Of a DNA stretch of 64,000 nt, positions 48,995 to 57,968 are shown in pieces (the first letter of the stretch is position 1; each line of letters starts with the position of its first letter). Where the stretch lies: positions 1 to 64,000 of the IMG/VR virus record IMGVR_UViG_3300042566_000762; one strand, 5' to 3'. The stretch comes from a virus. Position numbers and translations under genes: made by a program. Below the pieces are notes generated by a model. That model ran no database searches and was not told the origin of the DNA. It saw nothing but the letters and a program-made list of their open reading frames with translations.

Positions 48995-51900
48995 TTATGC
49001 GTAAAAAATACCTAATATCTGATTTAGTGGTGCAAATGTACCAGTTAACTTATATGTTTTACCATTATAAAAGAATACTAAACCTTCACTTGCAACTATT
49101 TTTTCAATACCACCCAATTGATTTAATCTTTCCAATTCAGTTTTCAATTTTTGTATTTGAGCTGGATTTCCAGCACTTCTAACTTGGTCTGCTACTGATT
49201 TGAATTTTTGTTTCATCGCTCTAATAGCATTTTCAGGGTGAACAGTTAATACACTTCCAACAAAATCTAATACATCCGCACCTACACCTAAAAATATTTC
49301 TTCAAATGGTCTAATGTTTTCTTTTTGTTGTTTGATTACATTTACTTTATCATTTTCAATTGCCCACTCTTGCAATTCTTCATTTGAAATTGTGTTTAAA
49401 CGAAATGTTTTTTCGCCAAACGCCCATCTTCTAATCAACGCTTCTTTAGTAATTTTATCAACTTTAGTAGGCGCTTTTGATTCAATCCACCAATCCCACC
49501 AACTTTGATGATAATCAGCCACATTGTCCGTATCTTTTAAATGAAATTCCGATTGTAATTTATTTAATTTTGATAAATATTTACCTTGTTTAGAACTTAA
49601 ATTATTATCTTTTGGAATAGAAGTTATGGGAGGGCCTTGAATCGTATATTTTGATTGAACATCTGCGTTTACTTGTTTAATCATTCCCGCCAATTTAGAT
49701 GCCGCTGATTGGTCTGCACCAACTGCTTCACCTTTTTCATTATAACAAGTTGTATTATGAAATACTAAAAGTGCTTGGCCATATGGAATAACATTAACCG
49801 AATCTGGCCATATTACTTCTAAATTCATAAAGCATTGGCCTTCGTTAAATATTTTCTTTCTTTGTGCTTCCGATAACCCACTAATTGCTGCTGATAAATC
49901 TTTCATTGCAAAGTTGTAAGCATCGGTTAATCCACCTCTACCGGCAAACTTTGATGCAACATCTTCGATACCCATTGCGTTTGCACCTGCGTTTGCTAAA
50001 TTACCTTTATTTCTGGCTGCAATCAATCTACCATTTTTCCAACTAATTGCTAATGCCTGGCCATCTGTTTTTTCTCTAACAACTCCCAAGTCACCTTCTA
50101 ATGCAGATTTAATTATATTTTTCAAATCACCAAAAGTCAAATCCATATCATCAAAAGGATGTGACATGTGTCCGTATGCACCACCCTCCATCAATAATCC
50201 CTCTTTAATAAATTCCGTTTCTACATAATCAACATCTGGAAGGTTTTTTATACTATATGTAATAGTTCTTTCTTCTGCATCGTCATCACCAAATATTGCA
50301 TCTGCTTTTGGAAAATCAGTTTGAGTATATCCACCATTTTTATACCAATCTTCACTTTTATCGGTATTTAATTTTCTTTTTTTACCTTTTTGAACAAATG
50401 AACCATCTGGAACATCTGCGGTATTGGATACCATAACACTACTAACTTCGTTTAAATCGGGTTCAATATTTAATTCTTTTTCCATTCTGGTAATATCATC
50501 ATATCCCATATTACGAAGTGCTTTTGCAACTGCCGTTGGGTTGTTATGATTTGGATTACCAAATAAAAATGCATTAATTCTTTTTCTGAATTTTGCATCT
50601 CTGTAAAGTTGAATTATGTTTTTGAAATGAATATCTTTATTACCCATTTCATATATATTTTGTCCTTTTTGTCCTAAACGAAATGTGGTTGCCTTTTTAC
50701 CATTTATAGTTGGCATTCCGTGGTCATCTTTACCAATATCTTTAACAACAACTTTTTTGTTTTTGAATTTACCCATTAAAACCTCATCACCCTTATCAAC
50801 ATCTATATTAATATCTTCATTATAGATTTGTTTATTTATCTTACCATAATTTCTCATTAAAATACCGGCTACTGCATGTGCTTGATTTTCAATTGGAGAA
50901 CCAGTTGCACCATCTTTAACTTCATCTTTTACTAATCCCAATTCATCTTGTTTTCTATGAACCATTTCGTGTGCAAGAGTTCTAAGTATGTCTGCAGTTA
51001 ATCTACCTTCTATTGCAACATATATTTCTTTAGACATTGGATTATACCCACCTAAAGAGGTTTTTGCTTCTGAATATTCTCTACCACTTAGTAAAGTTAT
51101 TTTTGGAGTTTCTTTTAACTTTAATTTTTTAGTTGCATATTCTACAAAATGTTGAATTGAATTTTGTTTTGTTTCTGAAATATTTTCGTTTAATCCTTTT
51201 GTAAGATTTTGTAATTTTGAAATTTCCTTTTGTTTTTTATAAGATTCCAATGTTTTTAATAATTGTTGAGGATTTGGTTCAAATGTTTCCATTTTTTTAA
51301 CAACGTCTGCAACTAATTTTATAAACATATCACCATTTGCTTTTGTTTCATTTACTTCTTCCGCCAATCCCATTCCTTTAAGTGCCATATGTCCCAATCC
51401 AAAAAGGCCTGCACCTACTTGTGCTTCGATGTGGCCCTCACCCGCTGCCAATCCTAATGCTTCTAATCCACAATGTTTTCCAAAATCAATTGCTGCATGT
51501 GCTGCAAATCCTCCCACACTTGATACGGAATGTGATGCACCTTGACTTGCGGCTTGTATTACTCCACCAATACCCTTTCCTGCCGCAGCTGCACCGGTTG
51601 CTCCTGCGATTGCTGCACCGACAACAACCGATGCTCCTATTACCGCTACATCTTTAAGAGTTGAAATACATGCTTTTCTTTGTCTTTTTTCCTCATGCTC
51701 ACTATGTTTATATTGACCATCTTTATCTTTAAACCAACCAAATTTAGGTTTTCCTGTATACATAGTTGATAATGCCAAAGATTTTAAACCTCTACCGGTA
51801 TTTTTTAATTGATGGTATTTTTCTTTTACAACTTCGTATACTTTTTCAGCTATATTTTTTGGAAGATTTGAAATAAAATCACCAATTTTTTGAGACCAAT

Positions 51901-53254
51901 TTTTTCTTGTTTCAGAATGTGGGTTGGTTGTTTCATGAACATCATGTTGTTCTTCTTCCGTAAAATCTTTAATTATCGCTTCACATTTTACTTTTGCCTC
52001 TTTTGCTATTTCAGCAGCTTTTTCTTTAATTTTATCTATACCAGATTTTTCAGCATCAGATTTTAATTCTCCACCTCCTAACTTTTGTTCAGGTGGGGGG
52101 CCTTGTTCTTGACCTTTTTCACCAGGTGCAGCAGTTGGTTTTTCTTTATCTATTTTTCCCTGCGGCGTTTGTCCTTTTTTTGTGGGTTGGCCGGGTTCGG
52201 ATGGTTTCGCCGATTGAGTTGCTGCTTTTCCAGGTTCCGTTTTTTTCTTTGGGTCGTTTGCAGGTGCATCATCTGGTCCTGCTATTTTTGAAGCTTGAAT
52301 GTGTGCTGGATGTTCTTTTGGTAATCTTAATGCATCTCTTGCTTTAATTTTCTTTTGTTGGCCTTTACTATTTGTATAACTAATATCAACATCCAATGCT
52401 TTATTTGAAGCTTCACCAAAATATTCTTTAGCAAATTCTTCAAACATTTCATTTGTAATATATCTTTCTATTATTTCTGAAATGGGGTCATATGGTGCTT
52501 TATTTCCGTCAAATGCCTTTTTCTCATCTTCGGGATGTTCCGTTTCATGTCTTGTAGGATGTGGTTCTGGTCTCATTTCCGATGATGGTTTTGTATTATT
52601 GGTTTCATCTATTGAACCTGTTGGTGCACCATTGATATATCCTCCCGGTAAATTCAATCCAACTCCTATTCCTCCTGGAAATCCTTCGTTCAATTTTGTT
52701 GTTATCATTTTAAAAATCTCTTTGTCAAATTTTGGATATGCTTTAAGAAAAAACTTTTTAGCCTTTTCTTTATCGTTACTTCCCAATCCTCGTCTAACTT
52801 CGGTTCCACTTATAGGATTTTCTTCGGCAGGTATTGGATATGTATAACCTATTTCATCGTAACCATATCCAGCATTGCCTTTATATGGTTTAAAATATTT
52901 TCCCTGTAATCTACTTGCATCTTTATCACCTACTGCTGCAATATATGCAATAGTTTGTCCGTCATATTTTTTTAATATTTCGGCAGGTCTATATGGATTG
53001 TTTACTTTTACAAACTTAGTAGATGGAACACCAAACATCTTAGTTGCAATTTCCTTTTTCTCATTAAAAGAAAATGGAGATTTATCGGAAGATGTATCAT
53101 TTGATGTTGCAATATAAACATTTGCAGAACCAAATTCACTTACTAAGTTTTGATATGCCGCATAATGTCCTTTATGGAATGGTTGAAAACGACCAGCATA
53201 TACGACTATTTCACCTTGTATTTTTGGTTTATCTTTTTCTGTCAATAAATTCAT
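48995..53254 (-). CDS. 1419-aa multidomain protein: HxGH nucleotidyltransferase + Gly-zipper hydrophobic region + HExxH zincin-like domain + KxDG ligase-like domain
   Basis: GRFQPFHKGH..ISGTEVR; VAVIGASVVVGAAIAGATG; LAHEMVH; EKTDGQ..NLEVI..EGLVF..YKLTG. Confidence 0.75.
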   Translation of the reverse strand: MNLLTEKDKPKIQGEIVVYAGRFQPFHKGHYAAYQNLVSEFGSANVYIATSNDTSSDKSPFSFNEKKEIATKMFGVPSTKFVKVNNPYRPAEILKKYDGQTIAYIAAVGDKDASRLQGKYFKPYKGNAGYGYDEIGYTYPIPAEENPISGTEVRRGLGSNDKEKAKKFFLKAYPKFDKEIFKMITTKLNEGFPGGIGVGLNLPGGYINGAPTGSIDETNNTKPSSEMRPEPHPTRHETEHPEDEKKAFDGNKAPYDPISEIIERYITNEMFEEFAKEYFGEASNKALDVDISYTNSKGQQKKIKARDALRLPKEHPAHIQASKIAGPDDAPANDPKKKTEPGKAATQSAKPSEPGQPTKKGQTPQGKIDKEKPTAAPGEKGQEQGPPPEQKLGGGELKSDAEKSGIDKIKEKAAEIAKEAKVKCEAIIKDFTEEEQHDVHETTNPHSETRKNWSQKIGDFISNLPKNIAEKVYEVVKEKYHQLKNTGRGLKSLALSTMYTGKPKFGWFKDKDGQYKHSEHEEKRQRKACISTLKDVAVIGASVVVGAAIAGATGAAAAGKGIGGVIQAASQGASHSVSSVGGFAAHAAIDFGKHCGLEALGLAAGEGHIEAQVGAGLFGLGHMALKGMGLAEEVNETKANGDMFIKLVADVVKKMETFEPNPQQLLKTLESYKKQKEISKLQNLTKGLNENISETKQNSIQHFVEYATKKLKLKETPKITLLSGREYSEAKTSLGGYNPMSKEIYVAIEGRLTADILRTLAHEMVHRKQDELGLVKDEVKDGATGSPIENQAHAVAGILMRNYGKINKQIYNEDINIDVDKGDEVLMGKFKNKKVVVKDIGKDDHGMPTINGKKATTFRLGQKGQNIYEMGNKDIHFKNIIQLYRDAKFRKRINAFLFGNPNHNNPTAVAKALRNMGYDDITRMEKELNIEPDLNEVSSVMVSNTADVPDGSFVQKGKKRKLNTDKSEDWYKNGGYTQTDFPKADAIFGDDDAEERTITYSIKNLPDVDYVETEFIKEGLLMEGGAYGHMSHPFDDMDLTFGDLKNIIKSALEGDLGVVREKTDGQALAISWKNGRLIAARNKGNLANAGANAMGIEDVASKFAGRGGLTDAYNFAMKDLSAAISGLSEAQRKKIFNEGQCFMNLEVIWPDSVNVIPYGQALLVFHNTTCYNEKGEAVGADQSAASKLAGMIKQVNADVQSKYTIQGPPITSIPKDNNLSSKQGKYLSKLNKLQSEFHLKDTDNVADYHQSWWDWWIESKAPTKVDKITKEALIRRWAFGEKTFRLNTISNEELQEWAIENDKVNVIKQQKENIRPFEEIFLGVGADVLDFVGSVLTVHPENAIRAMKQKFKSVADQVRSAGNPAQIQKLKTELERLNQLGGIEKIVASEGLVFFYNGKTYKLTGTFAPLNQILGIFYA

Positions 53255-53257
53255 GTG

Positions 53258-53266
53258 TATAAATAT
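53258..53266 (-). promoter_or_regulatory. ATATTTATA motif 3 nt before the ATG of the 1419-aa gene
   Basis: Minus strand ATATTTATA CAC ATG. Confidence 0.55.
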
Positions 53267-53275
53267 CTTAAAATA

Positions 53276-53401
53276 TTAGAAACTCTTATAAACAAATGGG
53301 TCTCTTTTTTTAAGTTCCTCTAATTTTTTCTTAAATTTTTGTTTTTTCTTTCTTTCTTCGTATTTTTTTACAAAGAATGAAATGATTGGCCAGTTTTTCA
53401 T
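53276..53401 (-). CDS. 41-aa basic protein ending RDPFVYKSF (absent from ORF track)
   Basis: MKNWPIISFFVKKYEERKKKQKFKKKLEELKKRDPFVYKSF; fills the gap between genes. Confidence 0.65.
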   Translation of the reverse strand: MKNWPIISFFVKKYEERKKKQKFKKKLEELKKRDPFVYKSF

Positions 53402-53408
53402 AATTCTT

Positions 53409-53951
53409 TTAATTTTGGTAATACAATTCCGGATATTCTACTAATATATATACACCTTTGTTTTGTGTTGCATATTTGTAAGATAATTCTATATCGGTTG
53501 GTGTTTTTAAATCTAAAAATTCTATATTTTTACAAAGAGATTTAAATTCTTCTAAATAATTTCCTCTGTGTTGGTGACCAGGGTCTAATGGTTTGTCCGA
53601 ACCTTTACCCAATCTAATTAGAATGTGTGGACGTTTTCCGGTCATCAATTCGTATTTATCAATATGATTTACTAATTGATTGGTTGCTGATATTAAAAAA
53701 TCCCATCTTGGATAAAATGATATTACTAATTTATTTGTCATTGCCAATCCCAATGTCATACCCATTTGAGTTTCTTCCATTACTGGTAATTCAATCATTT
53801 TATCTTTTGAAACTTCACCCAATGTTGTACTCATTGGATTTCCTGCATAAAGAATTTGTTGGCCTATGAATATTGAATTATCCAAATCTGATAATTGATT
53901 CATAGCAGATGTCAATGCATCTTTGTATGGTGTATATTTTGGTGTGTTCAT
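53409..53951 (-). CDS. TPP-dependent enzyme, E1-beta/transketolase pyrimidine-binding domain (start reassigned to MNTPKY)
   Basis: IFIGQ, IELPVMEETQMGMTLGLA, YPRWDF..ATNQLVN, GHQH. Confidence 0.85.
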   Translation of the reverse strand: MNTPKYTPYKDALTSAMNQLSDLDNSIFIGQQILYAGNPMSTTLGEVSKDKMIELPVMEETQMGMTLGLAMTNKLVISFYPRWDFLISATNQLVNHIDKYELMTGKRPHILIRLGKGSDKPLDPGHQHRGNYLEEFKSLCKNIEFLDLKTPTDIELSYKYATQNKGVYILVEYPELYYQN

Positions 53952-53953
53952 AA

Positions 53954-54592
53954 TTAAAAGATAACCCACTTTCCACTTCCGTAGTGAGGGTATTTTGATT
54001 TATAAGTATAATGTATTACATCCGATGGAAGGTCTCTCTTTTCGTTCCACGTTGCTTCGGTTGGTGTGTTTGTTGAAATTCCATTATCTTCTACTATAAA
54101 ATATAAAGGTAAATTAAAGTTTCTTGCATATTTGTGAACTTCATAAAATATACCACTCTCAAAACTCATATCACCAATAAAACACCAAACCTTATCCTCT
54201 CCACCATCTTTTTTTATAGATAGTGCAATTCCTAATGCAATTGATAATGTTGAACCAACAATTGCAGATGAATAAAATTTAGCATCTATATCACACATTG
54301 TAATAGATTTACCATCTTTGATTAATTCGGTTGCATAATCGGCAGATATTCCTTTTAAAACCCAATGATAATGAGAACGCCACGTTGAGAATACCCAATC
54401 CGTTTCTTTAACTCTTTTAAATACTTCTATTAATTGTTCTTCGTTTCCGTTTGATAAATGTATTGGGCCTCTTATCTTTCCGGCCTCCCATAAATCAACG
54501 ATGTCCTGCTCAAACTTAATTAATTTCTCAGGTGTCCAACCAATTTCTATTTCATTTCTTACGATTGAATATTGTTCTAAATTTTGTATCAT
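53954..54592 (-). CDS. TPP-dependent enzyme, E1-alpha-like subunit
   Basis: IRGPIHLSNGNE, STWRSHYH, SAIVG, GDMS..SG.FYE...EDN TPP-binding motif. Confidence 0.88.
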   Translation of the reverse strand: MIQNLEQYSIVRNEIEIGWTPEKLIKFEQDIVDLWEAGKIRGPIHLSNGNEEQLIEVFKRVKETDWVFSTWRSHYHWVLKGISADYATELIKDGKSITMCDIDAKFYSSAIVGSTLSIALGIALSIKKDGGEDKVWCFIGDMSFESGIFYEVHKYARNFNLPLYFIVEDNGISTNTPTEATWNEKRDLPSDVIHYTYKSKYPHYGSGKWVIF

Positions 54593-54624
54593 TATCTATC
54601 TCTTTTTTGTAATATTGGATTTGT
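54592..54624 (-). pseudogene. 3'-end relic of an rmlC copy (TNPILQKRDR*)
   Basis: Matches the rmlC end (SPILQKRDR*) and is coupled to the E1-alpha start. Confidence 0.75.
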
Positions 54625-54659
54625 CTTTGTTTATTTAAACATATTTTTCAATGTTTAAC

Positions 54660-55259
54660 TTAAAGTATTGTTTTTTCGGTTTTACTAGGATGATATCCTA
54701 TATTATATTTATTACTTTTATCTAAAATATTTTTAAAATCTTCATCAATATAATTAATATTTAAATAATCAAATAATTCAGAGAAATTTCCATAAAATAA
54801 ATCTTCATAATAAAAAGAACGAAATAATGGGTCTTTTAATTCAAATAATACATTTTCCAAAGATACAAACACATCTTCCTTTTCTTTTATCATTTCTTCG
54901 GTTATGCCAGCTAAGTGATATTTTCTTTTGGTTTTATCTAAAAAATTTTTATTATGTTGTGCAGTAATAGAACTAATGACCTGTTCTCTTTTATTTTTTC
55001 TAGATATTAATAACACTTTATCAAAGTCATTTATAATTTTCTCTTTATTAATTTTTAGCAAGCTAAAATTACTTATATCACTTTTTACTAAAACATTTTC
55101 ATATTTGATACATTCTTCGTATTTTGTTTTTTTAATTCCAGTTTCTTTGTAATGAGTAAATGGTTGATTAAAATATTCATAATTGGAATTTTGTCTTAAA
55201 AAATACTCCGATATTGAATTAGTTCCACTACGTGGTATATATAATATTAATATTTTCAT
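54660..55259 (-). CDS. Sulfotransferase family protein (Stf0-like)
   Basis: IPRSGTN, NQPF, LISRKN..QVIS, YEDL. Confidence 0.78.
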   Translation of the reverse strand: MKILILYIPRSGTNSISEYFLRQNSNYEYFNQPFTHYKETGIKKTKYEECIKYENVLVKSDISNFSLLKINKEKIINDFDKVLLISRKNKREQVISSITAQHNKNFLDKTKRKYHLAGITEEMIKEKEDVFVSLENVLFELKDPLFRSFYYEDLFYGNFSELFDYLNINYIDEDFKNILDKSNKYNIGYHPSKTEKTIL

Positions 55260-55408
55260 CTATCTCTTTTTTGCAATGTTGGTTTATCTGATGGCCGTTC
55301 CATTTGATATTCCGGGTCGTTCCATTTAACCACTCCTTGTTCATCTGCATCAACATAACCAAATTTTTTCGATGGAGTAATTTGAAACTCATCCCATTTA
55401 TTACTCAT
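55256..55408 (-). pseudogene. Internally deleted rmlC paralog, in-frame 50-aa mini-ORF
   Basis: MSNKWDEFQITPSKKFG/YVDADEQGVVKWNDPEYQMERPSDKPTLQKRDR versus rmlC KKWNDIDVSFLKPFG...FVEENAQGVVKWNDPEFQIEWPTDSPILQKRDR. Confidence 0.85.
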
Positions 55409-55863
55409 ATTATTGTTGTATTTTTTGATTTAAATAAATCATTATGTAGAAATCCAACTAATGTAAATCTTTTACCTACACAATTTTCTACTCTATGTGT
55501 TTCTTCTCCTGTAAAATATATCATAGTTCCTATTTTTGGTTTTATAGTTAGTTCATTAAATATCAATTCACCTCCCGTATATTTATCATTTAAAAATATA
55601 ACAAATGAATATGGGTTGATATGAGAATGTGTTGTTTTAACTTGTTCAATATTTTCATCGGTGTATTGTATTCTAAATTTCTTAAAATCACATTTTATAA
55701 ATTCAGGAATAACATTAACAACTTTTTCTAAATGTGGAATTAAATTTAATCCGTGAAAATGATAAATATTATCATATACAGAAATAACATTATTGTTATC
55801 CCATAAATTAAGTATCGAATTACATTGTACATTTGATATGTAATTATTTACAATCGTAATCAT
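55405..55863 (-). CDS. 2OG-Fe(II) oxygenase
   Basis: SFVIFLNDKYTGGEL, PKIG, HRVE...GKRFTL. Confidence 0.85.
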   Translation of the reverse strand: MITIVNNYISNVQCNSILNLWDNNNVISVYDNIYHFHGLNLIPHLEKVVNVIPEFIKCDFKKFRIQYTDENIEQVKTTHSHINPYSFVIFLNDKYTGGELIFNELTIKPKIGTMIYFTGEETHRVENCVGKRFTLVGFLHNDLFKSKNTTII

Positions 55864-55881
55864 ATAATATTAACTATAATA

Positions 55882-56256
55882 TCATAGTAATTTTTTTTCT
55901 CTTGATTTCCAATACATCTTCCCATAACTGTGGCACAATTCATCACCCGCCTTTATGTTTTTTAATGAGAAAAATTCTATAATGATTGGTTTTTCTATGT
56001 TTATTAATCTCCAACGTATATTTGGTGTATCACTATGATTATAAATTGAACCATACCCCAATGGTAGTAAGGATTCTGTGTCAGTAAGACTGAAAAGATA
56101 ATCAATACCTGGATTAAATGGTTGAAGATATGTTTTAAGACTATAACAAGTTTCAACAATACTGCCTTCATCAATATCTTGACAAGCAAAAACTCCGAAA
56201 CCCATTATTTCATCTATGTATTTTACTTCTAATTCGATTTTATTTTTAATAATCAT
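55882..56256 (-). CDS. SET-domain methyltransferase
   Basis: GFGVFA..I..G, YNHSDTPN, I.AGDELCHSYG. Confidence 0.9.
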   Translation of the reverse strand: MIIKNKIELEVKYIDEIMGFGVFACQDIDEGSIVETCYSLKTYLQPFNPGIDYLFSLTDTESLLPLGYGSIYNHSDTPNIRWRLINIEKPIIIEFFSLKNIKAGDELCHSYGKMYWKSREKKLL

Positions 56257-56262
56257 ATGTCA

Positions 56263-56294
56263 TAAATATACGAAAAAAAGTTCATATTTCCAAA
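56263..56294 (-). promoter_or_regulatory. TTTG-N20-TATATTTA promoter upstream of the SET gene
   Basis: Minus strand TTTG GAAATATGAACTTTTTTTCG TATATTTA. Confidence 0.6.
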
Positions 56295-56400
56295 TTTATT
56301 AAAATCACATTTTATAAATTCAGGAATAATATTAACAACTTTTTATAAATGTGGAATTAAATTTTGTATTTGATATATAATTGTCTATAACCATAACCAT
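56295..56400 (-). pseudogene. Deleted and frameshifted relic of the 2OG oxygenase 5' region
   Basis: MVMVIDNYISN then NLIPHL*KVVNIIPEFIKCDF, versus MITIVNNYISN...NLIPHLEKVVNVIPEFIKCDF; DNA near-identical to about 55683-55746. Confidence 0.85.
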
Positions 56401-56413
56401 ATAATATTACATA

Positions 56414-56593
56414 TTATGTTTGATTTGCATAACCCAAAGGGAATCCATTTCTAAATTCTGCTCCCATTTTTGGAACTATCATTTGATATGCCATTATTAA
56501 TTCCTGTATACCATTATCCAAATTTACATGTGGTCTCCAACCTATTTCAATATCATTTCTAACTATTGAATATTGTTCTAAATTTTTTATCAT
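56414..56593 (-). pseudogene. In-frame 59-aa chimera: E1-alpha N-terminus fused to epimerase C-terminus
   Basis: MIKNLEQYSIVRNDIEIGW+RPHVNLDNGIQELIMAYQMIVPKMGAEFRNGFPLGYANQT; junction at shared GGTTGG. Confidence 0.9.
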
Positions 56594-57135
56594 CTATCTC
56601 TTTTTTGTAATATTGGTGAATCCGTTGGCCATTCGATTTGAAATTCAGGGTCATTCCATTTTACAACACCTTGTGCGTTTTCTTCAACAAAATCACCTTC
56701 ATAAAATAAATTATAATGAAATACACAATCGGTTAATGCATAGTGTCCATTTGCAAATCCAGGTGGAACTAATATTTGGTCTCTGGTTTTTTCAGTAAGT
56801 AAATATGAATTCCAATCACCATATGTAGGTGATTCTTTTCTAACATCCAATACTACTAAAAATATATCACCGACCAAAGCTTGAACCAATTTCCAAGTCT
56901 TATTATCCCAATGCAATCCTCTCAATACACCTTTGTATGATTTTGAGAATCTACCATGTACTTTCAAATCTCCGTGCATAAAATTATGAACAGGATGTTC
57001 TTCCGGATGATATGTTGTCCAAATCTCTCCCCTATATTCTCTATATACCGATGGTGAAAATACTGGTACATCTTTACCAAATGGTTTTAAAAATGATACA
57101 TCTATATCATTCCATTTTTTATCTTTATAACTCAT
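56590..57135 (-). CDS. rmlC: dTDP-4-dehydrorhamnose 3,5-epimerase family protein
   Basis: RG, SYKGVLRGLH, KLV, DVRKESPTYG.W, VPPGFANGH, WNDP..I.WP. Confidence 0.92.
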   Translation of the reverse strand: MSYKDKKWNDIDVSFLKPFGKDVPVFSPSVYREYRGEIWTTYHPEEHPVHNFMHGDLKVHGRFSKSYKGVLRGLHWDNKTWKLVQALVGDIFLVVLDVRKESPTYGDWNSYLLTEKTRDQILVPPGFANGHYALTDCVFHYNLFYEGDFVEENAQGVVKWNDPEFQIEWPTDSPILQKRDR

Positions 57136-57968
57136 ATTAATTTATTTTTATGCGTATTAGTTAAGTATTTTGCTAATTCTTTTGCGTATTCAATATGTCC
57201 GAAATATCCAGGATGTAAATCTTCATATCCTGTTAATTCTCCTTTTAATTCATCTGTTATTGTTAGTTTATTTCTCAAACAATAATTGTAAATATCATCC
57301 GATTCCTGTGTGTTTGAAAATTTTATAATATCTTCTTTATCAAATGTAGTTGTTAAATATAACCAATTTTTTTGCATTAAAAATATTTTAATATTATTAA
57401 ATTTACAAAAAGAATATAATCCAGCTAATGCATATTCATCATTTTTTAAATTAGCTTGAAAATTAAAATGATTTTCGTGCCAATTTAAAAATATATCTTT
57501 ATATTCCAAATCTTTTTCTAAAATTTTAGGATTAAAATAATCTCTAGTGGCGCCGGCCATCTCGTAAATATCACCATCATTTTTTGAATTAACTATATAA
57601 TATTCGTTGGTTTTATTTAAGAATACATCACATCTACTAGGGTCAGGCTTATCTAATATAATAAAAAATTTATTTTTATTTTTCCAATTTTTTTCTATAA
57701 AATCATAAGTCATTCTAACTATTCTTTGAACACCTACTCCCGATTTAGCTTCGTTAATACATTTCACATTTATTAATTTAGATAATCTATATCCAAAATT
57801 AACTTCTTCTCTATTTTTCCAACTTACATTATGTAATTTTTTATATAACCTATGAACACCAATACCTCTGATATTCGGTTCTTCTAATCCACCACCTTCA
57901 CAATGCGAACTTCCGTTAACATAAAAAAATTGATATTTACTAAAATCCATACTATCCCAAATTTGCAT
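57132..57968 (-). CDS. SGNH/GDSL-like protein
   Basis: VNGSSH..G, N.AKSG.G..RI.R, DLHPG..GH. Confidence 0.72.
   Translation of the reverse strand: MQIWDSMDFSKYQFFYVNGSSHCEGGGLEEPNIRGIGVHRLYKKLHNVSWKNREEVNFGYRLSKLINVKCINEAKSGVGVQRIVRMTYDFIEKNWKNKNKFFIILDKPDPSRCDVFLNKTNEYYIVNSKNDGDIYEMAGATRDYFNPKILEKDLEYKDIFLNWHENHFNFQANLKNDEYALAGLYSFCKFNNIKIFLMQKNWLYLTTTFDKEDIIKFSNTQESDDIYNYCLRNKLTITDELKGELTGYEDLHPGYFGHIEYAKELAKYLTNTHKNKLI

Noticed and set aside
53409-54592. Pyruvate dehydrogenase as an auxiliary energy-metabolism gene
   Set aside because: Subunits are truncated, there is no E2/E3 in the window, and the context is NDP-sugar synthesis
56004-56189. 61-aa alternative-frame ORF inside the SET gene
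   Set aside because: Nested out-of-frame ORF with no supporting features
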